IMG/VR virus record: IMGVR_UViG_3300026097_000876
Coordinates: 186,001-250,000 of that record
Strand: one strand, 5' to 3'
Length of the DNA: 64,000 bases
Both the position numbers and the translations under genes were made by a program. Under the pieces are notes generated by a model. It did not search any database. It saw only the letters and a list, made by a program, of their open reading frames with translations, and was not told where the DNA came from. Positions 23,001 through 30,579 of this stretch are shown piece after piece (positions within the stretch are counted from its first letter, which is position 1; the number at the start of each line of letters is the position of its first letter).

Positions 23001-26000
23001 GGTCAATTGAAGAAGGTGGCTCAGTAGCAAGACTAAGCCCTGTGTTTGGAAACGGAAAAGTTAAATCTGCACACCTTAGATGCAAATTTGATCGAGTAAC
23101 GGGCACATACTTATTCCAAACATTAGAAGAAACAGAAACATTTACATCGTCAATAGATCAATTGTTTATTGATCTTAAATGGCCTATGGAATTAAAATCT
23201 ACTAATATTACTGTTACAGTTGACGGACTTGAATCTTTAAGAAGTGAATATACATTTGAGAATGTAGAAGATACTTCTAAAGGTTACACTCGATACTACG
23301 GTAGAATTAATTTTACAAATGCATTAAGTTTAGGCAGATCAGTTTCTATAAAGTATAATAAAGCACCAGATCTGTTACAAGCACAAGATAGAATTAATCT
23401 TTATTATAATCCTTCAACAGGAATGTTTGGTAATGAGTTAGGACAATTATTAGACGGAATAGACTACGGCGGAGTAGAAGTTACTAGCTTTGATTTCGGT
23501 GCAGGTTCTGGATGGGATTCAGACTCGTGGTTTACAAGTACCTATGATACATTTGATACTACTTACGAAGATGAAATATTCCAGTTAGATGGTAGTACAG
23601 AAGTATTTGCGTTAAGTCGGCCATTAGAAGACGGGGTTGAATATAATATCTATCTAAATGGTGTAAAAATTGATGATCCAAATTTTGGAGATGACGATAG
23701 CTCCCTAGTTACAAATGAAAATGCTGTTATAAGAAGTATTACCGGAGACGGAGTAACTACTACGGTTACTATTTTAAATGATGTACAACGTTTTAAAGCT
23801 AATGACGTAGTTGTTATTAGAAAGAATACATCCGACGGGTCATTTTTACCAGATCCGAGATCTTATGACACTGTATTAAGCGGCGGAAATTTACAATTTT
23901 CTACAGCAAAAGGTATTAATCCAGAAGAAATAATTATCGACGGCGATGGATTTGTTACACCTACAACGTCTAAAGGTCCTGAAGAGCAAGTACCTGGGCA
24001 GGTTTTAGATACAGTTGATATTAAAGTATTCCATAGGCCTGAAGAGGGAGGTAGCACTCTTTCAAGCAATACTTACAGAGCAAACGGTACCCGGGATACG
24101 TTTGCATTCGGAATTCAGCCACAAAACAAAGAAGGTTTAATTGTAAAACTTGACGAAAACATTCAACGTCAATCCTTATACACTGTCGATTACAAAAATA
24201 AGACTGTTAAATTTAACACAGTCCCTTCTATTAACGCAACAATTAATATTGTTTCAATTAGTGGTAATGGTAAAAATGTATTAGAACAAAGTGAAACAAT
24301 CGGCGACGGATCTTCTATATCCTATGTTACAAAAGCAAGATATACTAGTACGCTTGATTACTATGCTACAGTAAACGGAGTTGCTGTTGAATCGGTTCTA
24401 GTATCAAGTGACGACGGAAGTACTGAAGATTCTAATCCAAAAGCTACTATACTTTTTGGTAGTCCTCCGCCCGATAATAGCGTTATTAGTTATGCAATTT
24501 ACAGTGCTGTAGATTCTTTTAGTAAAATTGAAACTACAGAATTTATAGGTGACGGAAGCACAAAAACATTCGACTTAGAAACAACACCATACAGTGCTCT
24601 TCCAAACAGTCACAATGTAATTGTTAAACAAGGAAATAGAATACTAAATCCTGGGTTTAATCAACAATACAATATTACAGCATCTCAAAGAGAATATTTC
24701 TTAGAAATTTGGCAATCGCCAATTGGAAGTTTTGATACTTCTGATGTACTTGTATTGATTAACGGTGTAGAACAAACTATTGCTGTAGACTATAATATCC
24801 GTCCTGCAAATAGTAGTATTATTCTTGAGCCTGGCATTGGCGCAGACGGTGATATTTTGGAAGTGTATTTAAGAACCGACGGAGACTATGCGTTTGGTAG
24901 TATACAGATTGTTAATAATCAAAATACTTGGATAGACAGCGGGTCAACTCTGCAGTTAGACTCGGCTCCTCCTGAAGGAGAAATATTAACAGTTTATACG
25001 TTTAACAAACACGACGATATGGACTTTGAAAGAATTAACTATGATGTTGTTGCTAGAACAACTCTTGTGGTTGGTTCTGAAGACGACATACAATACAATC
25101 ACATAAAAGGTGGTTTAGTTAAATTAAGATATGCAGCTGTTGATGCACAATATGTATGGTTAACAGTAAATGGGTTATTACAAACTCCGAGCGTTGATTA
25201 CATTCTAACTGACGATAAACAGTACTTAAGATATAAAGGTAGTTTTGCAGATAATGATGTTGTTGAATTAATTCAATTTAGCTCATTAGGCCCACTAACA
25301 CCTAAGTTTGGATTTAGTCAGTTTAAAGATATATTGAATAGAAATATATATAAACGTTTAGGAGATGTTGCACCATTAAAACTTGCTCGTGATTTAAATA
25401 CATTTGATAAAGAAATAATATTAGAAGACGCTTCTACAATAAGTGCTCCAGACAAAAATAGTAAAGTTCCAGGAATTATTTTTATTAACGGAGAACGTAT
25501 TGAGTATTTGATCAAACAAGAAAATACACTAAGGCAAATCCAGCGAGGCACATTAGGAACTGGAGTTCCGCAAACACACTTGTCAGGTAGCGATGTTTAT
25601 AATGCTGCAAGTACACAAACAGCACCGTATGCAGATAATACTATCGTTGACGAAATCGACGGCGACGGTTCGACTTTTGTATTCGAATTAGGATTTACTC
25701 CAGCAAGTGTAAATGAGTTTGAAGTATTTGTTGCAGGTAGAAGATTGCGTAAAAATGAAATTCAAGTATTTGATGCTACTTTAGATCAAGACTCTCCCGA
25801 AGGGGATGTTACTGCACCTGCTGAGTTTAGTGTTGATGGAATAACACCATTTGTAACTTTGTTAAATAAGCCAGCAGACGGTACAAAAATAAAAATTGTT
25901 AGAAGACAAGGAACCTTGTGGACAGATCCAGGAACACCGCTTAATAATTCAGAAAGTTTAGTTGCACGTTTCTTTAAAGCCGAAAAGGTGGAGCTACCCA

Positions 26001-26005
26001 AATAA
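11045..26005 (+). CDS. Giant virion structural protein (baseplate/wedge-associated, 4986 aa)
   Basis: Uninterrupted 15 kb ORF coupled to the gp6-like gene. Contains FG-x-S-V-A beta-propeller-like repeats, (I/V)T(N/D)PG-x-GY-xx-P repeats, GDGST repeats and CBM-like W/Y motifs. Confidence 0.75.
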   Translation: MAQDENGIPVGDDNIKRKTADFLPRYFRTVANKKFLSSTIDQMMQPGVVEKVDGFIGRKDAKAWSSSDNYVSDVSADRENYQLEPVAVVEDTLGNTILHRDYRDYMNSAKIRNAQVGNHSLTNSQEFYSWDPHINWDKFTNFREYYWLPQGPDSIPVFGAARDIKSTYNVNSLDNVDNFAYSFNTTNPTANPTLTLYRGQTYVFDLNTVDMPFTIRTSRSLSNDTNLYNTGVSEQKVETGTVTFEVDLEAPDYLYYINNNDIEASGLIIIKDIRDNTQLDVGSDIVGKKTYTMQNGYEMTNGMKVKFYGEITPAEYAIGNWYVEGVGESIRLVSEDDVLITADYLLDNATEFDEQGFSTLPFDNATSYASEKDYIVINRASPDNNQWSRYNRWTHRSVIETTATINNVPVMLDQTFRAVRPIIEFEAGLKLYNSGTFAKQSVDLVDTRTTDVFSQIEGQVGYFVDGVELVSGMRVLFTADPDSLVSGKIYEVNFISHNGSTQITLVETTDTAPLENETVLVKAGTNFKGKMFYYDGTDWKQSQDKTGVNQQPLFDLYNDEGTALSDLDGSSFVGNKLFSYKVGNGSNDTELGFPLSYRTIENSGDIVFDFNLLADTYTYDQLTDVITSSTDTAVLRKYTSRSSFNSVSGWTTASKKSEQWVVQQPEVKTRTNNFKIDVYDRSGDLTDLAIKVYVNNTRYTENDQYTIVKVNGFAYVTFSNNLTSGDKLVIKTNTSATKNEKGFYEFPINFEKNPQNENVTTFTLGEVLDHVSSIVDNNDEVTGTFPGVGNLRDVGQLSKYGLKFVKHSGPINLALYNLTNKDYDAIGAIRYAGLEYIKFKREFLRIANELGFDGVDKVHVDKILTTLNSTKTNQDSFYFSDMVPYGNDSLTTHNIDDPSETIFSLTRGIDFTTLNEYAVLPYLNNKLLTKDKDYSISTSGFLTLEIPVKANDVLDVYEFESTDGCWIPPTPTKLGLYPKYRPEAYLDDTYIYVTPESTGPYKIYGRDETTTDTSYKNKLGWFYPLYTSEEDAQNADRANGGTGMAHDHVFAGYNKIFYMPNSAMNHATADDNRFEEWPAAQPIIQGHDGSRWRCFGDYRDHLLLDLERRIYNNIKQPYNETILDIADFVETKGRQTQFGRYKVTKTMISDFNRWSETVGNPDYSTNTYFDRTNGFTFNYSKFADPNNNSLPGFWRAVYKDFYNTDRPHSHPWEILGLTEKPDWWEEVYGEAPYTRNNLILWEDLSKGIVKEPGKKIVYRNKFKNSLIYTYIPVDDQGNLLDPANCGLAKDGIDSTYSEPFVFGDEGPVETAWRRSSHYPFSLITAWALHQPAQFFGLAFDRSRIARNSAGQLVYTDTSKTIELDQLKFPNSSTDSSRVLTAGIVNYIQGYLAQNQTVQFSQYQTEIKSLQNKIGAKLGGFTQKDKFKLILDSRTPTNEGNIFVPEENYKINLVKSVPINVYTYSGVIIEIVPSGYIIRGYDKENPYFKTYSTIKKNADPLISVGGTSESFLAWTSRKFYEVGQIVELNEVYYRVKVSHTSGDNFNLDNFQKLAELPEEGGAKAFFRKNFDRTEVIEIPYGTLYREIQDVVDFILGYEQYLISVGFTFDSFNQDLEEVENWSLSAKEYMFWTTQNWESGTVLTLSPSARQVNFEEEYVVADDIYNNFYDYSLLKSDGKRLLADFATTERDNTNSFGIYVKNTEDGIYNLKVPVVQHEHVIILDNRTVFGDVIYNRPQGYRQERIKVKGYRSDDWNGSYNIPGFIFDDATVNEWQSYQDYSIGSLIKHKQYYYVAKANITGTEFFEDTNYVRLNEKPEQALLPNWDYKAKQFLDFYDLDSDNFDTEQQRLAQHLIGYQNRTYLENIINDDVSQFKFFQGAIQDKGTKNVLTKLFDKLGSASKDSLEFYEEWAVRVGRYGATTGDDQFEVLLDEEKYRLSPQPVELVEVVDPQDTSLVYRLDRNNILVKSQNYDHKPFPVKYFNDNNSYTKTAGYVNSSDVSMSLLNYDEILDKTLSEIPGNSYLWVALQKNQQTWAVYKHTQTEFKITSISDSNNTTFDITLNRAPNFEIGDIIGVNDVNDDVDKFYKISNISLNVVSLLTTDSITADDEISGYITEFKNTRLARLSEANSLIDSAKRFDIDNNSVASDIIWVDDDDTGKWIVLENNQVFELKPDIKNTLAGLFDSTQKDFGSNISVSNDNNLIAISAPKDLNGSVYIYQRPSDNTDFGYLQQIDEQTLISDQQGGFGSSVAMSPDKKYLAIGSPNASNVKTKFKGDYRSSNAYVANDIVLHDTQLWKAKRTIESELSRIFDTHASNQQSIEDDYDSTDQSYPEIPFMIRGDYSLGADESTDHILIRAETDQWEGTKAGDRLFLKWNKYTTTNKLGTQPFNNDSVLTETFINGEHTIVNKVSAICHVQSTLLVPEVGSEITTDVGKATVVYRKVNDENQMTLYLSNINGQIGDVGTFLQNGVTVGDYELVLPIRDDYHSGWWYINVGSTFTSSNLTETNANLVVQTIKLENDFSTPTPYFTNILDVVQNRDQTKPTQPSYLGVLSHTQGQTLIDIIDSRWYFRTELTHGSNVQVGDNANFWLNSIKVNDLVQDPSAINLSFDYLNNTQHTVDDIWDGWTEVRLTNFDLNGDPFLPLVGDTLSDTATGETAEIAFIERAFGTAKIYLKNRSGAWALGSDFGEPSNATFIQNDSTLRTIGPINSTHMQNSISGPIIVIDKAENIAIPSTNYIQDLEYWHYSVSAVQGIIDSTTPPSSINLDWTRVFNIPASPEGTQSGLTNEGMFAIYEFSGSTYQLINYFTVPNSASYRQLGTNMMFSQTNDNYRLFVHASGNNTELNQGRIYYFDKSDTENWSIGTEPNYRGLYRTSGTYFEGEYTKFGDTVYEAKTNLIPGIFNPSQWTEIGSGIDLLGYVPNDTNFSISESTLSQDMLEEFGSVFDVSNDGNVLIAAARYTNTQDSSVPNIKIVVYRKINDQYVYSQLLEPSDLTENFGEDIAISNDGKKIAVGASYNSNVSSANGAVYIYMQHGDSFVYNQTIRPKDVSPNTRFGARLDFDGNTLAVTAKGGDIVIATLVDSGSTTFDNNNTEFTTVDNNSGLVSVYETVNDTLLYGQDFSYDRDTEDFGNVIKVKNNHVYIGLPTQAVSTNNIVDRGVVSEFRKPANSTTWSITRSPVLPADLSKFKGVFLYNKNDNSLVSYVDYIDPIQGKIAGPAEQEISFKTSYDPARYSNSTTTSVVSNTLDFTSDKWIGKLWWDIGSARFINHHQGDIIQSTANFNKLFPGTQVDVYEWVETTLTPSEWDEQSGTESGLTNGISGTTKYGNTAYSVRRRYNSASQTFTNYYYYWVRNKQTLPNIDSNRVTTAFDVARYISDPAGINHKFVAILGDNRFSIYNCESLIQDKDIAISFNWWTIENQQQNVHNEYQLISDGLSTSTPNNEIEQKWFDSLVGFDTNDRPVPDINLPMKQRYGSLNEPRQSWFINKTEARKQFIERTNKVLSQNLIVDDFDLSGLTEFDPLPTVATGIFDTTSDSFAELSFVSIARVKPATLTLEIENGVIINVLITDPGEGYINSPTYVISDSQGTEGELEFTLDSNGKINNVNIINGGKNYSQNARISIRKFAVLVKNDENINGKWSVFQWDGSEWLRTLTQSYDVNLYWKYIDWYQTGYNQFTLINHLINSSYELFGLDDQIGEVVKIKSIGTGGWLLLRKVDNQDVTDYSINYQTIGRENGTIEFLDSLYDVNSENIAFDGANYDKIFYDTEPVEEFRKIISIIKNNIFVDQLQLHWNELFFAGLRYVFTEQPNVDWAFKTSFVKAKHNIGELAQKITFQNDSLPSYQDYVEEMKPYKTKIREYLSSYEKIDPANNVVTDFDLPPVYDELEGKIVPQSVQIINDEVVSGTSDLTVYPAKHWLDNVGFEITKINIASAGNGYVEAPIINITGGGGSGATAKAFIGNGQVVSIEVTNPGQGYLSQPTIEVIGSIEEGGSVARLSPVFGNGKVKSAHLRCKFDRVTGTYLFQTLEETETFTSSIDQLFIDLKWPMELKSTNITVTVDGLESLRSEYTFENVEDTSKGYTRYYGRINFTNALSLGRSVSIKYNKAPDLLQAQDRINLYYNPSTGMFGNELGQLLDGIDYGGVEVTSFDFGAGSGWDSDSWFTSTYDTFDTTYEDEIFQLDGSTEVFALSRPLEDGVEYNIYLNGVKIDDPNFGDDDSSLVTNENAVIRSITGDGVTTTVTILNDVQRFKANDVVVIRKNTSDGSFLPDPRSYDTVLSGGNLQFSTAKGINPEEIIIDGDGFVTPTTSKGPEEQVPGQVLDTVDIKVFHRPEEGGSTLSSNTYRANGTRDTFAFGIQPQNKEGLIVKLDENIQRQSLYTVDYKNKTVKFNTVPSINATINIVSISGNGKNVLEQSETIGDGSSISYVTKARYTSTLDYYATVNGVAVESVLVSSDDGSTEDSNPKATILFGSPPPDNSVISYAIYSAVDSFSKIETTEFIGDGSTKTFDLETTPYSALPNSHNVIVKQGNRILNPGFNQQYNITASQREYFLEIWQSPIGSFDTSDVLVLINGVEQTIAVDYNIRPANSSIILEPGIGADGDILEVYLRTDGDYAFGSIQIVNNQNTWIDSGSTLQLDSAPPEGEILTVYTFNKHDDMDFERINYDVVARTTLVVGSEDDIQYNHIKGGLVKLRYAAVDAQYVWLTVNGLLQTPSVDYILTDDKQYLRYKGSFADNDVVELIQFSSLGPLTPKFGFSQFKDILNRNIYKRLGDVAPLKLARDLNTFDKEIILEDASTISAPDKNSKVPGIIFINGERIEYLIKQENTLRQIQRGTLGTGVPQTHLSGSDVYNAASTQTAPYADNTIVDEIDGDGSTFVFELGFTPASVNEFEVFVAGRRLRKNEIQVFDATLDQDSPEGDVTAPAEFSVDGITPFVTLLNKPADGTKIKIVRRQGTLWTDPGTPLNNSESLVARFFKAEKVELPK

Positions 26006-26008
26006 ATA
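26002..26008 (+). promoter_or_regulatory. Putative late promoter ATAAATA
   Basis: ATAAATAcagtata overlapping the giant gene's stop, upstream of ATG 26026. Confidence 0.6.
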
Positions 26009-26025
26009 CAGTATAGGGAAAAGAT

Positions 26026-26637
26026 ATGATTGATACTATCAACGAACAAAATGGAGTAATGCTCCAAGGACATATTAAGATAACAGATCCGACATCGGGC
26101 GAAGTCTTAATTGATAAACGTAACGCTATTCATTACGAAAATATGAGTATTAGTCTTGCAGAAAGTTTAGCTAATGCAGGACAGGGATTTGTTTATGAAA
26201 TGGCATTTGGCAATGGTGGAACAAGCATCGATCCAACTGGTATTATTACATATCTTACTCCTAACAGTACAGGCACCAACGCAAGTTTGTATAATCAAAC
26301 TTTTATTAAAGTAGTAGATGACAGAAGTGTTAACAACACTGATCCTGCTAGAAATAAAATTGAATCAAGACACGTAAGTGGTACTAACTATACTGACATT
26401 GTTGTTACTTGCCTACTTGACTATGGTGAACCTAGCGGGCAAGATGCTGTTGATAATGCAACTAATGCTGATAGTTTGTATGTGTTTGACGAACTTGGTT
26501 TAGTTAGTTATTCACCGTCAGGGCAAGGCAGGCTTTTGACACATGTTATTTTTCACCCGGTGCAAAAATCATTGAATAGACTTATTCAAATTGATTACAC
26601 AGTTAGGGTACAAAGTTTATCGGGGTTTAATGAATAA
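26026..26637 (+). CDS. Conserved virion structural protein (baseplate/fibre attachment, putative)
   Basis: 203 aa; FDELGL...LLTHVIFHPVQKSLNRLIQIDYTVR resembles fibre-attachment (DUF3751-like) domains; structural context. Confidence 0.55.
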   Translation: MIDTINEQNGVMLQGHIKITDPTSGEVLIDKRNAIHYENMSISLAESLANAGQGFVYEMAFGNGGTSIDPTGIITYLTPNSTGTNASLYNQTFIKVVDDRSVNNTDPARNKIESRHVSGTNYTDIVVTCLLDYGEPSGQDAVDNATNADSLYVFDELGLVSYSPSGQGRLLTHVIFHPVQKSLNRLIQIDYTVRVQSLSGFNE

Positions 26638-28718
26638 TGGCATATACAATTAACTATTCCGACACGAACAAAGGTACTATTGCAATTGAAGATAGTACAA
26701 TTAATCAGCAAACTAGTTTAGATTTACCTGGACGTAATACAACTAGTTATGGATCTGTTATTGCAGAAAGTTTTTTAAAAGTTTTAGAAAATTTTGCAAA
26801 TGACACAGCACCTAGGAATCCGGTTCAAGGACAATTGTGGTATGATAGTTCGACTGGTATTAATACGTTAAAGTTATATGACGGAACAGGATGGGTCAGT
26901 GCTAGCGGATTAAAAAAGGGAAATACAGCTCCAGAAGTTGCAAATGCTCTTGCAGGAGATTTATGGAGCGATACTGATAATAATCAGCTATACATTTTTA
27001 CTGGAAGTGGATGGACACTTGTAGGACCTGAATATAGTGACGGTTTATTAACTGGCGCAAAGCCTGCTGTGGTAACAGGTAAAGATGATATCCTATATAC
27101 TATTCTACAAATAGAAGTAGGCGGATCACCAATTGCAATTTATAGCACTAAAACATTTCAACCAAAAAGCACTATTGCAGGATTTACAAGCATAAGACCG
27201 GGTCTTAACTTATCTAGTTTAAATATTGGCGGCTCGGGCATTAGTAAGTATTTTGGTACTAGCGAAAAAGCAGAAAGTTTAGTTGTAAATAACGAAGTAG
27301 TTATTGCAAGCAAGTTTTTAAGAAACGATGTAACAAGTACATCGAACGAACAAATTATTATTAGCAATAACAAAGGCATACAAGTTGGTCAGACAGCAAC
27401 TGTTACATTTGACGTTCAGGGAACATCTGGAGTCGTTACAAATTTAACATCAGGTGCACCTATTGACTTTAAAGTTAATAATTTAGGTGTACAAAAAAAT
27501 GTTATCAGAATTGACTCAACAGAAAAAGTTGGTATTAACACACTGTCTCCTGCAGAAGCATTAGACGTTAACGGCTCTATACAAACAAGCGATAATTTAA
27601 TTGTTCAAGGAACAACTGATAGCGCAAGCATTGGTACTGGATCAGTTAAAATTAGTGGCGGAGTTGGTATTGCTAAAAAACTATTCATCGGCACTGATCT
27701 AAATGTAGCCGGAACTAGCACAACAGGATCAATTTTACCTGCCGCAACCCAAACGTCATCGTTGGGATCAACTGAAAAACGTTGGTCTGCAGTTCATGCA
27801 GTTGAATTTAGAGGAAACTTAATTGGTAATATTACAGGTACAGTAACAGGTGGTGCCACAAACGCAAACAAATTAACTAGTGCTACAACATTTGAAATAA
27901 CAGGAGATGTTAGTTCTAATCAAATTACATTTGATGGACAAGTAGGCGGAACCTCAAAAACATTTTCCACAGAAATTAGCAACACATTTATTGCGGCAAA
28001 AACACCAGTAACTACGCCCAACGACGATGACGAAATTATTATTAATAGAATTTCAGGAGATGAAACTGGCGTATTTAAAATCTCTCAACAAGCATTAGTA
28101 AGTAGTGTTCCGGTTATTCCAATTGGTACAATTATTCCTTTTGCAGGCATTAATCTTCCAGGAGGTTGGTTGTTATGCGATGGCAGCGAAGTTAGGATTT
28201 CAGATTATTTAACACTGTATAATACTATCTTATACCAATTCAAAGACCAGAGTCAAGTAGCTTCAGGATTCTTTGGATTGCCAGATCTTAGAGGTAGATT
28301 CCCACTAGGTGCAGATAACATGGGCGGCACAAGTGCAAATCGTGTAACTGATGTTAACGCAGATACTGTTGGTCTTGCATCAGGTGTAGAAAGTAGATCA
28401 ATTGATGTTAGAAATCTACCAGAGCATGAACACGATCTAAGATCGCCAAAAGGCGCTCAGTTTTATGTTATTCTTGATGACAGTGGTGTACAACAAGATG
28501 CTGATACTATTCCATATGACGCTCCTACAGGTTCTCAAGCAGGACAAGCAAGAACTAGTTCAGGCGGCGTGTTGAACAGAAGAAATATTACTTATAATGC
28601 TGAAACAGGACTAGAAGAATTTCAAACATTTGATATTACAGAATTAGGGACACCGTTTAATGTATTAAACCCATTCTTAACAGTCAAATATATTATCTAT
28701 ACGGGAGTTGGGGGCTAA
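26637..28718 (+). CDS. Tail fibre protein with tail-collar domain
   Basis: 693 aa; shared N-terminal MAY.IN...ENFA...P..GQLWYD domain; collar motif IPIGTIIPFAG...GWLLCDG...LPDLRGRFPLG; NLPEHEH. Confidence 0.8.
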   Translation: MAYTINYSDTNKGTIAIEDSTINQQTSLDLPGRNTTSYGSVIAESFLKVLENFANDTAPRNPVQGQLWYDSSTGINTLKLYDGTGWVSASGLKKGNTAPEVANALAGDLWSDTDNNQLYIFTGSGWTLVGPEYSDGLLTGAKPAVVTGKDDILYTILQIEVGGSPIAIYSTKTFQPKSTIAGFTSIRPGLNLSSLNIGGSGISKYFGTSEKAESLVVNNEVVIASKFLRNDVTSTSNEQIIISNNKGIQVGQTATVTFDVQGTSGVVTNLTSGAPIDFKVNNLGVQKNVIRIDSTEKVGINTLSPAEALDVNGSIQTSDNLIVQGTTDSASIGTGSVKISGGVGIAKKLFIGTDLNVAGTSTTGSILPAATQTSSLGSTEKRWSAVHAVEFRGNLIGNITGTVTGGATNANKLTSATTFEITGDVSSNQITFDGQVGGTSKTFSTEISNTFIAAKTPVTTPNDDDEIIINRISGDETGVFKISQQALVSSVPVIPIGTIIPFAGINLPGGWLLCDGSEVRISDYLTLYNTILYQFKDQSQVASGFFGLPDLRGRFPLGADNMGGTSANRVTDVNADTVGLASGVESRSIDVRNLPEHEHDLRSPKGAQFYVILDDSGVQQDADTIPYDAPTGSQAGQARTSSGGVLNRRNITYNAETGLEEFQTFDITELGTPFNVLNPFLTVKYIIYTGVGG

Positions 28719-30550
28719 TGGCATATCAAATTAACAAAACAAGTGGCGCACTACTTGTTAACTTGGCAGATGGACAAATTGATGTAACATCATCAGATAT
28801 TACACTAATTGGTAGAGGATACTCGGGGTTTGGTGAAGCAGTTAACGAAAACTTCGTTAAGATGTTAGAAAATTTTGCAAGTCCATCTGCACCTACACAA
28901 CCGTTAGCTGGGCAACTATGGTGGGATACATCTGCATCTCGTTTAAAGGTTTATACAGGGACAAACTGGACAACTGGCGGCGGACCTATTGTACAATCAA
29001 CACAACCTGTTATGGTCGCCGGCGATCTTTGGATTAATAACGAAGCTAATCAACTTTATTTCTTTGACGGAACAGACTTAACACTAGCAGGCCCTGTATA
29101 TAATGCGTTCCAGGGAATATCAGGACCTGAAGTAATCACAGTACTTGACAATACAGGAACAAGCAGAACTATTGTTAAGTATTGGGTAGGCGGAACATTA
29201 GTAGGACTATGGAGTAAGATTGGCTTTACTCCGCAAAATATAGATACTATTCCAAACTTTAGTGGAGACGTTGTTAAAGGATTTAACGTTGTTGATGACG
29301 ACTTTATTTTTGCAGGCACAGCAAGTAGAACTGAAACACTTGTTGACTCTAATAATGTTGCAAGAACAGCAGCTCAGTTTTTAGCTAGTGATAGTGATGA
29401 TGCAACTTCGGGTGCGTTAACAGTTAGAAACAACAACGGTTTAACAATTGGATTAACAGACAATCACGTTACAAAGGTTACTAGCGTAGGAGTAGTTGCC
29501 GAAAACAACATTAGTAATCAAGACTTTATTGTTAGGATGACTAATTCGGGTGGTAAACAAGATGCAATAACTATTAAATCACAAACAAATCGAGTTGGAA
29601 TCTACAATGAATCTCCTGCATACACTCTTGATGTAGGCGGCGATGCTAGAATTGGCGGAGACTTAATAGTTGACGGTGATACAGTTTCGATTAATGTTAC
29701 TGAGTTAAATGTAGAAGATAAGAGCATTACACTTGCTAAGCCAAGCGATAGCACAGGACTTGGCGATACTGACGTCGACGAATCAGGAATTATAGTCGCC
29801 TCAGTAGACGGTGACAAAGAATTCCTCTGGAGAACATCGACTAGTTCTTGGACAACAAACCAAAGTATAAATTTAACAAATGGAGCAAAACTTAAATCCA
29901 ACGGAGTGGATCTAATTGACGGTACATCTGCACCAGGTATTACTTCATTAGGTAGTTTATCAAGTGCAACTATTGGTAATATGACATTTGACGGTGTTAG
30001 AATACAATCTAGTTCAACCGATCTTGATGGAAACGGATTTACTTTAAATATTGCTGGCCCTGTTAGTTTAACTACAACGCAGACTATTAAAAATGTTTCT
30101 GATCCTGTGGATCTCCAAGATGTTGCTACAAAAAATTATGTAGACAGTCAAATCAACTTAGAAGTTATTCCTTTAGCACTAGATATCACTGGACTAGGAA
30201 CAGGCGCAACATTGCAATCAAATATTGCAGTAATTCTTAATGATATAGCACCTACTAGTATTAAAGAAGACGGAACTGAAGCAAGAGTACACTGTACAAC
30301 TACTACTGGTGCTACAGCAACACTTACAGGAACTTCTTTGAATACAGCGTTTAACGAAAGTACAGCTATTGTACAGCAATTAGACGGAGGAGGAAATGAC
30401 GATGGATCAGTTGGTGTCATTCAAAGTGCTACATTTAACGATGCAACAGGTTCAATTTCTTCTACAGTATCAAGATCATTAAAATTATTTAGAGTGATTA
30501 GCGGATCATGGACTTATGTACAAGACCTAACTCCGGGCGTATTAGTATAA
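28718..30550 (+). CDS. Tail fibre-like structural protein (paralogue)
   Basis: 610 aa; same N-terminal domain; DPVDLQDVATKNYVD fibre motif. Confidence 0.7.
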   Translation: MAYQINKTSGALLVNLADGQIDVTSSDITLIGRGYSGFGEAVNENFVKMLENFASPSAPTQPLAGQLWWDTSASRLKVYTGTNWTTGGGPIVQSTQPVMVAGDLWINNEANQLYFFDGTDLTLAGPVYNAFQGISGPEVITVLDNTGTSRTIVKYWVGGTLVGLWSKIGFTPQNIDTIPNFSGDVVKGFNVVDDDFIFAGTASRTETLVDSNNVARTAAQFLASDSDDATSGALTVRNNNGLTIGLTDNHVTKVTSVGVVAENNISNQDFIVRMTNSGGKQDAITIKSQTNRVGIYNESPAYTLDVGGDARIGGDLIVDGDTVSINVTELNVEDKSITLAKPSDSTGLGDTDVDESGIIVASVDGDKEFLWRTSTSSWTTNQSINLTNGAKLKSNGVDLIDGTSAPGITSLGSLSSATIGNMTFDGVRIQSSSTDLDGNGFTLNIAGPVSLTTTQTIKNVSDPVDLQDVATKNYVDSQINLEVIPLALDITGLGTGATLQSNIAVILNDIAPTSIKEDGTEARVHCTTTTGATATLTGTSLNTAFNESTAIVQQLDGGGNDDGSVGVIQSATFNDATGSISSTVSRSLKLFRVISGSWTYVQDLTPGVLV

Positions 30551-30553
30551 ATA
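30546..30553 (+). promoter_or_regulatory. T4-type late promoter TATAAATA
   Basis: Exact TATAAATA upstream of ATG 30580. Confidence 0.7.
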
Positions 30554-30579
30554 CATGTAACACAATTAGGGGTTTATAA

